This document shows positions 1-14,880 of a stretch of DNA of 64,000 nt, piece by piece. The first letter of the stretch is position 1. Each line of letters begins with the position of its first letter. Under the pieces are notes generated by a model that searched no databases, was not told the DNA's origin, and saw only the letters and a program-made list of their open reading frames with translations. The position numbers and the translations under genes were made by a program. The stretch lies in NCBI RefSeq assembly GCF_009914755.1, contig NC_060942.1; one strand, written 5' to 3'. This DNA is from the human T2T-CHM13v2.0 reference genome, Homo sapiens.

Positions 1-1400
1 AATATTAAGTAACAAAGACCAGAAAACTGGACTAGAACACAAATCTAATAATGTGTTGCTCCTAAGAAACATCTCTAATTTAGGGAAACGTAACTGTTTA
101 AAATGTTAGGAAAAGAATTATGCAAATTCAAAACCAAAGAGATCTGATATGGCAATTATAGGAATAAAGAAAAACTTCAGGGAAAAAAGCATTACTACAA
201 ATAACTGAGTTATTTTTAAACTCCAAAAGATTCAACTCTCTGAGAGATACAAGAATTTTAAATGTATATATACCTAATAACATAGGTACAATGTTATCAT
301 TGCATCAATGAAATATTTCCAGGATTCAAAGAGAAATAAAAATCTACCACCATAGGGACAGAGCTTATCAAAGAAAAAAAAATTTAAAATTATTATTATT
401 TAGTAAAACAATTATTATAAAAATACTACAAAAACAACTTGTTTGGTGTTGCTAAAGCAGAACTTACAGGGATATTTACAGTTTTAAATCCCTGTGCTAA
501 AAGGCAAAAATGCTCAACTATTTTGGGCAGCATCTATCTTGGTGATCTATTTTTAATTACTCATGTTGGTATAACTCAGTATTCATGTGTTTAAAGAACG
601 GAACTCAATCTCTGCTTCACACCACACAGTAAAAATCAAAATCTGAAAAGTAAGCAAATATAGTATTTAGAAGACAACAAAAAAGAATCGCTTTATGATT
701 TCTATAAGGGAAGATTCATTAAGTCACAATATGAAAAATAAAAGTAATAAACAAATTAAAATTAGGAATTTTCAACCTCCACATGACACCAGAGTGAGAA
801 TAAAAAGGTAAGCCACACACTGCAAGACCTTATCAACACTTATAGCCTTCATATCACCAATATCTAGAATATATACAGACCTACCATAAATCAGCATACA
901 AAAGAAAGACAACACAACATAAGACAGGCAAAAGTCCTGGTCAGGTATTTCATACAAGAGGAAATTTGAGCCTCTAAAACGTTTAATACAAGTCATTTAA
1001 TCTTATTAATAATAAACAAAATGCAATTAAAATAACAACGTGTGATCCCATTAAGCAGCCAACAAAACAGAAAAGGATGTAAGACTGACGACATCGAGTT
1101 TCATGTGTATGTGGAACAATGAAAACTCCTGTCCGCTGCTGACACTAGTGGACATTACTGCAACCATATGCAGGACGAATTTTGGCATAGATTTTGGACT
1201 GAGTAGGGTTTGAAAGACTCCTGAGAAAACTATCAGTTGTGGCTGGGAGAACAGGTAAGAAAATCCTACTGGATATAACACAGCTGTGTTATTTAGTGGC
1301 AGAAAGTCTGGCAATACTCCTGGGTAGAAGACAGGAAATATCCACAATAGACTTGTACATTTTACTAATGAGAGTACTCAACAGAATGTTGAAAATGTCA
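1..1400 (+). mobile_element. Old L1 (L1M-type) fragments
   Basis: A-rich, with L1 ORF2/3' remnants (tatatacctaataacatag; aaatgcaaattaaaataacaa-like). Confidence 0.65.
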
Positions 1401-1493
1401 AATGTCTTCTCTTAGGTGCAGACAGGTACAGATAGAGGTAAGGTACATATAGAGATCAACATAAGAAGAATTTTTAATCAGAATTAGGATCGA

Positions 1494-1555
1494 TCTCTCT
1501 CTCTCTCTCTCTCCCTCTGTCCCCTTCTCTCCCCCTCTCCTCCACCCCTCCCCCT
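1494..1555. repeat. (CT)n plus C/T-rich tract
   Basis: Direct reading. Confidence 0.9.
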
Positions 1556-2399
1556 GCAATTCTCTATCTCTCCAGCCTGGAATTGGGGACAAAGATGAAT
1601 TTCAGAGTGCTGAGAGTGAGCTGAGTGTGGCCTTAAGAGGAAGATCAAATCAAACAATTCAAAGGTAAAGCTGTAAAATACTTTGTTACAGCTACACAAA
1701 GGTGTAAAAAAGAAGCACTCATGCAACTTCTCAACTAGGTTTGAAAAATCTTAGATATCCCAAAGCACGCTGGAAAATGCCTGAGGAACTGGACTACTTA
1801 TGTTGTTTGGTAAAACCACAAAATTTCAAAGGCTGTTACACCAGCGTTTATCTAAAGGGACAGAGACCATTCAAAATGAAAAGAAGTCCCTAGCATTCCA
1901 CCTCCTACAGTCAGGAAGAAGGCTGGGAAAGCTCCTGACCTGCAACATGGGCCATTTGGGAGCGGGGGAAAGGGAGGAAGGGTAAATCAGACAGCAGAGC
2001 CAAGTATTCAGGGCATAGCACCAATGGCAATGGAGAACCTCTCCAGGCAGCAGCAAGGAGAATTTCCTGCTGCCAGCGTCAAAGGAAAAGGCAACCGTGC
2101 CTGGATGGATTTTAGAATCATCACCGTGGGTCCCCACCCCACTGTGGGCCTATTTTAACTCTTCCTGGTAGGAGTGACTACTATGATCATCCCACCATCT
2201 TCCCATTGTGGGCTGGCTGGGGGTGGGGAGCTTGCCTTTTTAGTTCTCAAGTCTGCATTCAGAAAACCACAGTTGAAGAGCTGCACCAATTGGCTGCTGC
2301 CAAGGAGTCCATCTACACTTGGACCCAGTAAGGATGATGGCTACAAGACTCTAAGATGATGTCGTGATGAGAAGACACTTGTGAGAGTCTTCGAAGGGG

Positions 2400-3470
2400 G
2401 TGAGTGCATGCAGCCTGTGGGAGGCATATGGGTTATTACAGCCAGGGGGCACCCTCCGGTACGTCTATATTCAAAGATGCTCTCCAGCAATTCCTCGTCT
2501 CCCTTTATAGGGATGACAGTTTCCCATCAAGAGGCAGAGTTTATTCCCCTTCTCTTGGAACCTGAGTTTACCCTGTGACTTCTTTCACCAATAGAATGGA
2601 GCAACATGCTGAGCCTCTGACACTAGACATGGCGGTTCCTGCTGCTACCTTCTGAAACATTCACTGTTGATATGCTCCCTCTTGTAGCCCAGCAAACATA
2701 CCATGAAGAAATTTCATCAATCACATGCAGAAGCCATATGGAAACGAATCAAGTCCCACAGCCCACAGCCTCAGCTTAATTCCCAGCTATGGCCAAGAAC
2801 ACCAGCCCACCATGGGAGTGAGAGCATCGGCCCCGCAGCCATTCCAGTGCTCAGGCTGTTGCCAAATGGAGAAGAACCAACTAGTCAACCAACAAAGATG
2901 TGATAAATAATGCATTGTCACTGTGTAAGCCACTAAATGTTAGAGATTTTTTTTTAAACCAACAAAGTAAAGATTCGGTACAAATACCAAAAGATTGCTG
3001 ATATTCAAAAACCTACATATGGAGACAGAAACCACCCTATAGGAAGGAGCCTGTAAGGTAGCACCAAGTATTAATACCGAATGCCTAATCACCTCTTAGC
3101 GTGAGCTAGGCCTAGTGACTCATTTCTAACAAATAGTGCTTCACTTCCAGTGAAAGTAAGAAAAGTGATTAGATGTCACTTCCAAGATTTGGTTGGAAAA
3201 ATTGTGACTTCTGTCTTGTTCTTTCTCTGTCTGTTTCTGTCTGTCTCTCAGACCTGTCTTTTTCCTTCCCACCCCAACATGCTCATGCTCTAAAAGACAT
3301 CAGTTCATACACGGTAAACTGCCCAGTGAAGACACCCATATAGAATGGAAATATTGTTTCTGACCAACGGCCAGTGAGCACTGAAGCCTGCTATAGCCCT
3401 GTGAATGAGCTGGAAAGTGGATCCTCATGCAGGTGAGCCTTGAGATGATTGCAACTCGGGCTTATAAAAA
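2400..3470 (+). mobile_element. Two adjacent MLT1-type MaLR LTR relics
   Basis: tgtgacttctttcaccaatagaatg, taagccactaaa, ctagtgactcatttctaacaaatag, gatgtcacttccaagatt. Confidence 0.7.
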
Positions 3471-5985
3471 TCTTGCACATGAAATCATCCATCTTTTTTT
3501 TCTTTTGGTGTTAAATAAGATCAGCTTTCGTAACCTTTGCACTGCTTGACTTTCAGTAGTTACTATTAATCAAAAATGCATACAATCAGTAAAAACAAAA
3601 CTACTAAGATACTTACACATAGAGTGATAATTGTAAATTTGCAAGTGTACTAAATAAAATGAATCTGACCATGCTGTCTATTCACTGTTAGAAGAATCCT
3701 AAAGTAATAACATTTGCAAGTGGAAATGTTCCAAATTCTTTTGTGTGCTTTACTCTTGCGATTTCAAGATATTAAGAAAAATATTGACAGTATCACATAA
3801 AACAGATTCTGCCTATGGCAACAGGCTTTCCTATATTTAAGAAACGCTACAAAGGCACAATGAGCAGCTGAGGACATTTCACTGTGGAGGATTCTAACCT
3901 TGGGTCACACTAGCACAGTGGAAAAGGTGTAGAAGCCTGTCATATGCTTCTTCCTCGAAATTTTCATATGTGATTTCATTTTTAGAAAAAAATATTCACT
4001 TTACCATTTTCACGACTATTCTTTGGAAAATAAGATTTTATGCAACCTTATTTTTCCAGATTTTAAAGTCAAGCACGAGACATTTTCATCCCAGAAAATC
4101 CACTGCTTATTGAGATGTTATGATTGGCTTCATAATAAAAGTACTTGAAATATAATCTTTCTTGGGGAAAAATACATATCATAAAATATCATGCTCATTA
4201 TAACTTTATATAAACATTTTTTCGTTTATCTATTAAATTATAGAAACAAGCAACATGTTCTTTTAAAACTCTCAAAATAGTCACTGCAATTATATGTATA
4301 ATATTCCAATTTTAACAGCACAAAAAATTAAAAATTAGCTAAATATATCAAAATGGAAATATAGTTAGGCGTATATGTGTATTCTACACCTAAAACACAC
4401 ACGTTTAAAATGAATTACATTTTTCCACAAATTTCAGATGAAAATGTTTTTGCATAAGAAACTCTATAGAGCTGTCCTTTATTTTTTTAATCTAACATTA
4501 GTTTATAAAGCCATGAGTGAATCTAAGTCCATGTCTTCCTCCCTTTTATCCCTCCTCCCTTCCCACCTTCTGTCTGTCTTACTGTCTTACTGTTTATCTC
4601 TTTCTCTCTCCCTCTCTCAAACTTCCTTCCACCTTAGTTTAGGTGGAAGCCCACAGCCTCTGACTGTTTTGTGGCATCATGTTCAGGATAAGGGAGTGCT
4701 GCCACCTATGTAATTATTCAGGAAAACTGTACCACATTTCATTGGAATGGTGTATATATATTGATAACAAACCTTTACATATATCTGCCTTTCCTTGTGT
4801 TACAAAAAAGGATGGGCTTCTAAAGAGCTCTATAATTGCTGAAATTCTGAGAACTGATTAGTATTTTATAATTAGATAATTCTATGATTTCAAAAATATT
4901 TGACGTTGATACTGGATTTATTTCAAAATGAGATAGCTTCATAACATTCCTAAGCTTTGCCCTAGTCATCAAGCATTTAATTAATTCTAATAATGCCGAC
5001 ACTAAAATATGTAAAGAAATCTGGATTTAAAAAACTTTGATTTGAAATATTTAATAGCATAAAAACTTTTAATATAATGCAATCTCATCTTTGAATTTGC
5101 ATGTTTAAAATTCTTCTCCTGAAATTTGTTATTGGAAACTTTCTAAAATTTCCACCTAGCAAGAGAAAAATACCAAAAAATAATATTAAACACAAAAAGA
5201 AACACTACATGTAGAGAAAGTTCTAAGTAAAACTTACCAAAAGTGAAAAAATATATACTTTTTAAATGCATAAAATAATGTTAATTTATATTTAGAATGG
5301 AAAAGAACCTCTAATTTCAGGATATTACATTCAGACATTATATTAAGACCTGATTTCTGTTAGCTCATTTTATTAAATAATTTGCAATTTGTTGCAAAAT
5401 TTATTTTGTTGGTGAGAGATGCATGCAATGAAAAATCAAACATGTAGATGGCACTCATCTGGCACCAGAAAGATAAAATGGTTTCTATTTTGCTTTTGTA
5501 CCAAAAAGAAATGAAGAATATGTTTTGTATGAAAGCTACACAACTAGAAATTTCAAATTCATAAGGTACTCTAAAAAATTTTAAAATGGTCTTTTGACAC
5601 ATGGAGAGTCCTTTAATGTTCATTTAATTTATATATAGACAATGAGAGGAGGACGAATAATTTTTACTTTGCTTGTTTTAGGAAAAACCAACAATAAACG
5701 TATGCAGATAAAATTTATAAGCACGTTTCTAAAGTTTCAAATGATTAGAATGTACACAGATGTAGAGCAATTAAACAAAGAGATTCACATGTTGGAAACC
5801 ATTCAGACTGGAAAGCAAAATCAATGATGGAATATACAAGTGCGCATTCTCCTTTGTTATTTTTACATAACTATATTATAAAACCAACTCTTCCCTTCTC
5901 CACTCCACCCCATTCAATCTCCTGCTATTGGAGCTGTTTGTTCAACAGCCATCAGACTACTTTACTATAGCTTTGAAAACTTACA

Positions 5986-6476
5986 GGATGGTAAAAGGTA
6001 TCACCTTGACTGGGCCACTTGGCCGGGGGGTGATCTCTGGACCTGTACCCAAACGTTACTCTGGATGCGTCTGGATGAGATTAACATTTGAATTAGTGGG
6101 TTCAGTGAAGCAAGTGGTCCTCTCTAACGAGGATGAGCGGCATCCATTCAACTGAAGACTTGGATAGAACAAAATGACTCACAGAGAACTCCTCCTCCCT
6201 CCTTGCTTGAGCAAGGATATGGGTCTTGACATGCCTTCGGACTCAAACTGAAAAACTGGCTCTTCTTGGGTCTTGAGTCGGGTGATTTTCAGAGTGGAAC
6301 TACACTTTTGGGCCTCCAGCTTGTCAGCTGCAACTCTTGGGTCTTCTCAATTTCTGTAATTGTGTGAACCAATTCCTCATAATAAATCTCTAGGTAGATA
6401 GATAGATAGACTTATAGGTGATAGATAGACAGACAAATAGGCAGACAGAAAATCTCCTAATTAGAACCTTGAATAC
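5986..6476 (+). mobile_element. MLT2-type ERVL LTR with internal (GATA)n
   Basis: cttgactgggcc, tggatgagattaacatttgaatt, ccaattcctcataataaatctc, terminal gaataca. Confidence 0.8.
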
Positions 6477-6702
6477 ACAAAAGGCACAAAGGCCTTCATG
6501 ATCTACTCCTGCGTATCTCTTCTGCCCATCTCTTGCCTGGGAAACAGCTCTTTCAGCTTCCTAATCTTGGAACAGCCTCCCCTGGCTGACAAATTATATC
6601 CTGTCCTCTCCTTAGCCCCGTTTTCTGTCTCCTGAAGCAGTTTTTTCTTCTAAGCATTCTCTTCTTCATATTAACTAAAAAAAAAAAAAAAAAAAAAAAT
6701 GG

Positions 6703-7019
6703 GTCCAGGCACAGTGGCTCATGCCTGTAATCTCAGCACATTGGGAGGACGAGGTGGGCGGATCACCTGAGGTCGGGAGTTCGAGACCAGCCTGACCAAC
6801 ACGGAGAAACCCCATCTCTACTAAAACAAACAAACAAAAAAGAAACAAGAAAAAAAAAATAGCCAGGCGTGGTGGCACATGCCTATAATCCAACTACTCA
6901 AGAGGTTGAGGCAGGAGAATCGCTTGAACCTAGGAGGTGGAGGTTGCGGTGAGCCGAGATTGTGCCATTGCAGTCCATCCTGGGCAATAAGGGTGAAACT
7001 CAAAAAAAAAAAAAAAAAA
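6703..7019 (+). mobile_element. Alu (AluSp-like)
   Basis: Full dimer, expanded middle A-rich linker, A tail. Confidence 0.95.
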
Positions 7020-7089
7020 GGAATCCTCTCCAGAAGAATCATGTACTACTTAGCAAGTACACCATGCCCTCTGTCAGAAATGTAACACT

Positions 7090-7280
7090 GATGATCTCAT
7101 TAATCTCAAAACAATACTCATTGCATAGGGTGGCTATCATCTCAATTTTTAGAGTTGAAGAACGTGAGACGTTGAGGTGACTGATAAAATTGGTAAAGGT
7201 CACACAGCAAGCAGGTGGCAAAGTCAGAGTATGAATACAGGTAATCTTATCCTAAGGGCCATAATCTGACCTATTAAAAT
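7090..7280. mobile_element. MIR (similar cores near 22960, 24710, 28200, 30730, 41950, 60000, 60610)
   Basis: aaggtcacacagcaagcaggtggcaaagtcagagtatgaa core. Confidence 0.65.
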
Positions 7281-8569
7281 GTCTTTCTAAAATTTAACAT
7301 AAAAGAATCATAATGGGTAAAGCCTGGGGCCTTCATGGGATGTCTTCCTCAGCACTCAACTGGGTTACAGACTTGGCTTTTTGTTAATTTTCAAAAACTG
7401 CCCTATGCAGGTGGGAGTGGGGCCACTGAGGAGCAGAGAAGCTGACATGTTATTCCCTCTCTGAGGTGTGATGCTCTAGGGGCATTTTTCCTGGACAGCT
7501 CTGTTGTCACAGTTGCCTGGGACTCGAGATAACCATGGAGGCTTCTTTGAAGAGTGAGGAACGAAGGTCTTGGATCAGCCCTGACTTTTCCTTACAGCTG
7601 TAGTGGAATTTGTGTGTGACCCACGGATACAGAAAGGATGGCAGAAATTATCTGAGAGCTTAACTAGGGCTCAAGTCTCAGAGGCTGGAGGGGCTGGGAA
7701 AGGATGGGCTCAGTGGGACAGCTGCCAACAAGGTGGGCAGGTGGACTGGGTGAGAAGCCTGACTCCATATGGGCTCCCAAAGCCAGGAAGCTGCCTGGGA
7801 AAGCGGGCACTGGGCGGCACCATGCCACAGGTCAGACAAGAACAGATAACAAGAAGGACAGCTCAGGAGCACCGCCACCGTCCCGTCCCCCCGCAGGACG
7901 TGGGGAGGCGGAGCAGGGAGCGGGAGCCATTTGCAGGGGCAGTTTCAAAGAATCTAACTCACCAAAGCTTAAATCTGAGTTTGAAAAACGAGAGAATTCG
8001 CTAGATAAGTTTAACTTTCCTACCGCCAAGCAAAATCGTGAGCTCAGACATAAAAGAGAATGACATTTTTCTATTCTGGGGTTTTGCACATCTTGTAATT
8101 GTAAAACATACATCAATTGTGCTGTTGTTTTCAAAACAAGTGGATTGTCATAGGAATAAAAGCTGAAGACTTCACTTGCGGTAGACACTGTTCTGTAATC
8201 TTGTTTATAAATTGTTAAGTTTGTACATATAATCATATTTCCCCCACAAGAACAGCAGAAGCAATAGCAATAAATTCTCTAAAATAATAAAAGAGAGAGT
8301 ATGGGGAGAGGCATATACATGTGTGTATATGTTTATATTGTACTCATATCTATTGAGCACAAAGAACAGTGTGAATATTTTACCTACCAAATCGTTACAA
8401 TGTCTCAAATGAGTGGGAGTACAAGGAGTTTGGGAGATTTAATATTTTCCTTCAGGCATCTCTGTATGTTTTGACTTCTTAAGAGCTTACATTACTTTTA
8501 CAAGATACAGATACCCAAAAAGCCTCCCACGTATCTCACAGTCTTCTGACTTCTTTCATGTCCTTCCCA

Positions 8570-9500
8570 TTTGTTTGTTACTTAATAAATATTTATTGGC
8601 TGTTTTCCGTATTCCAGACATTATGCTAGATACTGAGGATGCAATATTTAAAAAAAATTGCTAACCTCATGGCATTAATAGTCTGGTAGTGAGAGACAAT
8701 ATGAAGTGTCATGCAGTGATAAGCAATGAGTGCTTTGGGAAAATTAGCTAGGATTAAGGAGTCAGTGGGTGGTAGGTAGGTAGTAGGTAGGAGAGGTGTG
8801 AAAGAGGTAACTCTTACATGAGCGGAGCAGGGGAAGGCAGAGAGGGCAGAAAAGGCCTCTGAGATCACGTGAGGGACCTAAGGGAAGAGGGAGAACCAGC
8901 CTGAGAACAAGGGGAAGAGTTTGCCAGGTAGAGGGAAGAGGATGTTTCAAGACCTCAAGGCTCGTTCAACAAAGGGACATCAGTGAACCCCGAGTGGCCG
9001 CGGCCGTGTGAGAAGACGGGAGTTAAAAGGATGGAGGTGTGGGCAGGGCAGGTGGTGAAGAGCCAGGGTCAGAAAATTCCCCTGACTCCCTGATTCTCCA
9101 TCACCTAATGAGCTAAACATGTTCTTTATGTTTTTCAATAGATTTTTAAAAATAGTCAAAGAAGGATATTTGGTGACATGAGAAAAGAATATAAAATTCA
9201 CATGCTTGTGTCCATCGAGCTTCACTGGAACATATCCATGGGCACTCATTTCTGCCTTCTTGCCACAAAGATGGAGCCCAGTAGCTGCCACAGAGACATG
9301 TGGCCACAAAGTCTCAAATATCTACTCTCTGCCCCTAAACAGAGGAGAAGCTTGCAGCTCCCGATACACAATGTCCTAGACAAACAGGACAAAATGAAAA
9401 ACCACTGGAGGGGCTTGTAAAGAAGTGACTTGGCCTGACTTGCGTTTTCAAACATCACTCTGGCTGCTATGTAGAAAATAGTGTTGGGAACAAGAGCTTG
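8570..9500 (-). mobile_element. L2 fragment interrupted by MER58
   Basis: aataaatatttattg... and tgcgttttcaaacatcactctggctgct match reversed L2 3' region. Confidence 0.7.
9064..9362 (+). mobile_element. MER58B-like hAT DNA transposon
   Basis: cagtagctgccacagagacatgtggccacaaagtctcaaatatctactctctgccc matches MER58 3' half. Confidence 0.75.
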
Positions 9501-10024
9501 ACTTCTTGTACAACTGCATGTCTGTGTTGTAGCATTTTGTTCTAAAGTAATAATGTTTACTCATCCACAACTTCTAATAGATTGGTTACACACTTTGAGA
9601 ATAAGCCGGGTTTTTGTTTGTTTGTTTTGATCTCAGTAAATAGAGCTCCCAGAATTCCTAAATTTAGTGGGTACTTATCGAATAATTACTAAAGAACTAC
9701 TACATTCAAATCTTTTGCTGGAATTTGGCTGCAGGTAAACTTCATTTCTAGTCTCCTTTCCATGGCATTCTATTATTGTGTGTCTCTTCTTGTAATACAT
9801 TTGTGAGCCTCTATCTTAGAATTATGATCCCAAATTGAATGTATAATTATCTGGCTCTGTATACATAGTACAGTAGAATAAAAAGTCCCTTTTGAACAAC
9901 AGAAAGTGTTCTGGGAAATAATCATTAACTGTTGAGACTATCATCACATGAGAATAGTTCCCAAACATTTATTTCATTACTTGAGACTAGAAGAGCAAGT
10001 TGAATTGCCATAAAAGAGATTTGG

Positions 10025-10393
<369 letters not shown>

Positions 10394-10699
10394 TTAGAGT
10401 AACAGAACAAGAAAAGTTATTAACTATTCTTGTAGAAGGCAAAATAAAACAAGAAATCTACAGCCATGGACTCATAAATCAACCACCATAGACAAGAAAG
10501 ACAAATCCTAAACAGAGGATATAAAATAAACTGTCACAATTTAGGATATGATGTTATAACATGATTAGCAAGAGTTAGTCCTGAGGAAGACAAGGAAGTG
10601 ACTTCGTAAAGAAAAACAATCTGCGAAAACTCAAAGACTGGAATGTACATCTCAGAGCCCTAACCTGGGGCTTTCCACATCACCTGAAGTATTACTGAT

Positions 10700-12090
10700 T
10701 TCTACTTCATCAAATAATAGCTGATGCTGGTGTTCTATTTCTTCTGAAGTGATTTTGATAATTGTTTTCCTAAACATTGGCCTATTTTAACTTTTCAAAT
10801 ATATTGGCAAAAAGTGTTGATAACCCTTCACCTTTTCTAATCTAACTGTACTCATATATTGTAATTTCATTAATATTATTTATTTTTACCTTTATTTTTG
10901 GATCAATTTTTATTAATTCTTTTCAAAATACCATATTTTCCATGTATTATTATTTCTTAGTTTCTTTGTTTTGTTTCATTAATTTCTGCTTTTATCTTTA
11001 TATTCTTTATAAATCTACTTCTAAAAACATTTATTCTACTATTATTTTTCTCACTTTTGGAGATAATGCCTAAATCTTCAATACTTTCCTTATTTATTGA
11101 GAATTATGTTTAGGTTCTAACAGCTACTTTGAGTGCAGGCCAAAAGATGTGTTACACAAATCTTTGTTAATACTTGAATTAGCACAAAACTCTATTTTGT
11201 CATGTTTATCTTGCTTTCTCCTGGTAACCATGCGATCTTTAAAAGTGAAATTTTGAGTTTTCAATCACTTAGAATTTTTAAAAATCTTTTCATTGATTCT
11301 GTTTAAAAAATAAAATGTGATTTAAAACACTAGATTTTTTTAGTAAGTGTTGAGATTTTCTTTGTGACATATATGGTGAAATATTGCATATAATTTGTGT
11401 ATTCTTAAAAATCATATATACTTCCTTTATTGAGTGCAGAGTTGTAAACACATTGATTAGATCAAATATATTCATTATCTTTTTGAAGTCTTTCATATAA
11501 CTTACTTGTATTAGTGTAAAACAATAAGTACATTTAGAGAAATGACAAGTGTTCCACAATTATCGTGGTTTGCTAGTTTCCTGTTTTAAATACGTTTTTA
11601 ATTAATATATTTTAAGGGTGCATTTTTGATATCTTACAGCTTGTTATTTTATTTGAACATTTTCTTATCACCATTACGCAGTTACTCCCTTCATTATTAT
11701 TAATGATTTTTATCCTAAATTATAATTGGTCTGATATTAGCTTTTTAGTAGCTTTCTTTTACTTAACACTTATCTTTTCATATTTAAAAGTTTCAACCCT
11801 CCTACATGTGTGTCTGTAGGTTTTAATTTCAAATGTTTCTTATTAGCACTATCTTGCTGGGATTTTTTCCTCAGTGTACATTTTCTTTTCTCGTGTTTCT
11901 TTAAATTGGTAGATTTATTCTGTTTATATTTGTTAGTTATTTTGACCCTCATATTTTGTGTTTTTCTTATACCACTTTTTTTTCACAATTCCTTTTTTCT
12001 CTTTCTTGCTTTCTATTTGATTGATAACGATTTCTGTATTTCCTTTTAATTCTCTGATGGTTTGGAAACTATGGACTGTATTTCTGTTTC
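10700..12090 (-). mobile_element. Old L1 fragment (minus strand)
   Basis: T-rich with L1 ORF2 reverse motifs (tttcattaatttctgcttttatcttta). Confidence 0.65.
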
Positions 12091-12970
12091 CGTGAGACAG
12101 GTTCACTGTGTGCTGGTGACACTTTCAAAAACAACAAGTTACACAAAAAAGTTGATTAGGAACACACAGGCATGAAGAGACAACAGAAGCCTAGGGTGAG
12201 TGTTCCCCCACAACTCACGAAACTGTCTGACAGGAATAGAATCTTATTTGCAACGGGCCCTATTGTGCCACAGCTGACGAACCCTGGGGAAGCCTCCGAT
12301 CCTAGGCTTTTACATCGTGGGTGAAGCATGACACACTGAGCTGAAGCACTGAAGATCAACCCATTTCTAGGGGGGCTGGAACATTGCCCGCGCTGTTCTG
12401 GCTCGTCTCCCTTATCTCAGGATGCTGCACTCCCACCGCCTCCTACAGTTATTCTTGAAAACTACAGTGAGAAATCGGGGCAAACTGGGTCTGCCCAAGG
12501 ATCCCCAGAGAACCGCCCAGCCATATTCAATGCTTTCTTTTTTTTTTTTTTTTTCCAAATCCGTAAGTTACCTGGTTTAATACCAACCTTCTAATATTTT
12601 TAAAGGCTCAGTAGGGGGTTTGCCAAATTGTATGTTTATTCCCTTTTTTATTCTGTATGTTTAATATATCCATAGTAAAACAATTACTTAAAAACAACTG
12701 AGGACTTTATGCAACGTGAGTGACAATGAATCTGAGAAGCAAAACACACATGCTGCCCCTTCCGTAGTCTCTTTACAGTCCAGGCCTCCATGTACTCAGC
12801 AACTGCAGAATGACCCTCCAGCCCCAAACAACCATATGGCCATACGTGGAGCCCCTCCATAGGGTTGTAGCCTGGGTTGGAGGGACCTGCAGTACAGTAT
12901 CTGGAACTCACAGCAAGGGGCCAGGCCCAAAGCAGGAGAAAATTTGAGAAACAAGATTGCAAGAAACTGT

Positions 12971-13190
12971 CCAGGGCAACATGGCAAAACCTCCTCTCTA
13001 CTAAAAATACAAAAAATGAGCTGGGCATGGTGATGTCTGCCTGTAGTCCCAGCTACTTGGGAGGCTGAGTGGGGAGAATCAGCTGAGACTCAGAGGTCGA
13101 GACTGCAGTGAGCTGGGATCATGCCACTGCACTTCATCCTGGGCAACCAAAGTGAGACCCTGTCTCAAAAAAAAAAAAAAGAAAAAAGAA
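12971..13190 (+). mobile_element. 5'-truncated Alu (AluJ-like)
   Basis: End of left arm, linker, right arm, A tail. Confidence 0.9.
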
Positions 13191-13480
13191 AGGGGAAAAA
13201 AGGATTACAGGAAATTGTCCTTGCTGTTTGGGCATGTTGAAAGGGACAGTTGCTCTGACTTACGACTCCTACAGCAATACTTCTGTGAGAATTTTGCACT
13301 TTGGAAAAGAACTCCAAAGGGAAGCTGGGCTTGGAGGTCTTTTCTGCATCAAAACTTGTGAGCTATGTTGAAGTTGTTTTGGTCAGATGTTATCTTTTGC
13401 TACTTGCAGAAACAGAACAAGCCATATTTGGAGGAAATTTTCCAAAATTAGTCCACGTAAGAGCAATAAATTAAAAATGC

Positions 13481-13772
13481 AGCCAGGCGTGGTGGCTCAC
13501 GCCTATAATCCCAACACTTTGTGAGGCCAAGGCCAGCGATCACCTGAGCTCAGGAGTTCGAGACCAGCCAGGCCAATATGGCGAAACCCCGTCTCTACTA
13601 AATACAAAAATTAGCCAGGTGTGGTGGCACATGCCTGTAATCTTAGCTACTCGGGAAGCTGACGGGGGATAATCGCTTGAACCCAGGAGGCGAAGGTTTC
13701 AGTGAGCCAAGATCGCACCATTGCACTCCATCCTGGGCAATAGAACAAGACTGCATCTCAAGAAAAAAAAAA
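13481..13772 (+). mobile_element. Alu (AluS)
   Basis: Full dimer; AAAAATGCA on both flanks. Confidence 0.95.
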
Positions 13773-13799
13773 TGCAAATCAAGAGCTCCCAAAACAGAA

Positions 13800-14880
13800 G
13801 CAACATCATCATACATGAGAGCTAGCAGAAGCAACATACAATAAATCTTGGAGTTTGCAATTATCAAACACAGAATACTTACTGTAGATATACATGCACT
13901 GTTTTAAAAGGAAACATTTGCAAAAATGTAACACAGTAAGAAACTACAAAAACAAAGATATTCAAAGTGAAATTTTCAATAAAATTTTTCAAACTATAAT
14001 TGAAAGTTGGCAATATTTAAAGAAATAGTAGCTACATTTTTTGACAAGTGATTAAAAATTTGAAGTCACTGATCTAGAAGGTATAATGTATTCTACAAAA
14101 GAAATAAACAAAAGGAAATCCATACCTAGACACATGGCAATAGAATTGCTAAACACAGAAGATGAAGATAAAATCTTGAAGCCACAGAAAGAAAAGCCAT
14201 GTCAATTAAAGGAAATGACAGGATGACTGCAGATATTTCAACAGCGAAAACGAAAGCCAACAGACAGTCAAATAAGGTCTACTAAGATCTGGGAGAAAAC
14301 ACCTGTCAACCTAGAATTGTCAGTTGGCAAAATTATTTCTTACAGTTGAAGGGGAAATGGGAAGATATTTAGAGAATAAGCAAACACTGGAGAATTTAGT
14401 CTCCAAGAGAACTGTTCTAAAAAAAAATCTTAAGAAAGAAAATTACCCCTTAACAGTCTCAAATGCAAGAAAGACCATTCATTTGAGTGACCAAATGAAA
14501 TGGGAAAAAGGAACACTCCAATTACCTTATTACAGCACAACTTATATTAGAAATTATAAACAAAAATAATTTCACTCAGAAATTGAAAAACACAATCATT
14601 ATAAAAAAAGAATGGATTGAAGAAGACATTTTAAAAGACTTAGGATTAAATGGTAGTGCAAGGCATTAGATAACATCTAAATAAGCGAATAATCATACCA
14701 TCTACTTTGTTCATGAAATTTAAGTCTCAAAACACTAAAAATGCAAACTTTCCTCAAGCTGATCTATAGACCAACCAAAATCTCAATCTTGATTTTCCTT
14801 AAAGAAACTTAAAAAGTTAATTATTAACTGTTTTCAGGATAAAGAGACAAAAATATCTAATATACTCCAATCAGTTATTC
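13800..14880 (+). mobile_element. Old L1 fragment (ORF1/ORF2 remnants)
   Basis: aaatccatacctagacacat, gataaaatcttgaa, ctgtcaacctagaatt. Confidence 0.7.

Noticed and set aside
7207-7222. CTCF-like CAAGCAGGTGGCAA (similar near 27326)
   Set aside because: Mismatches at key 5' positions; the first lies in a MIR core; not supportable without ChIP
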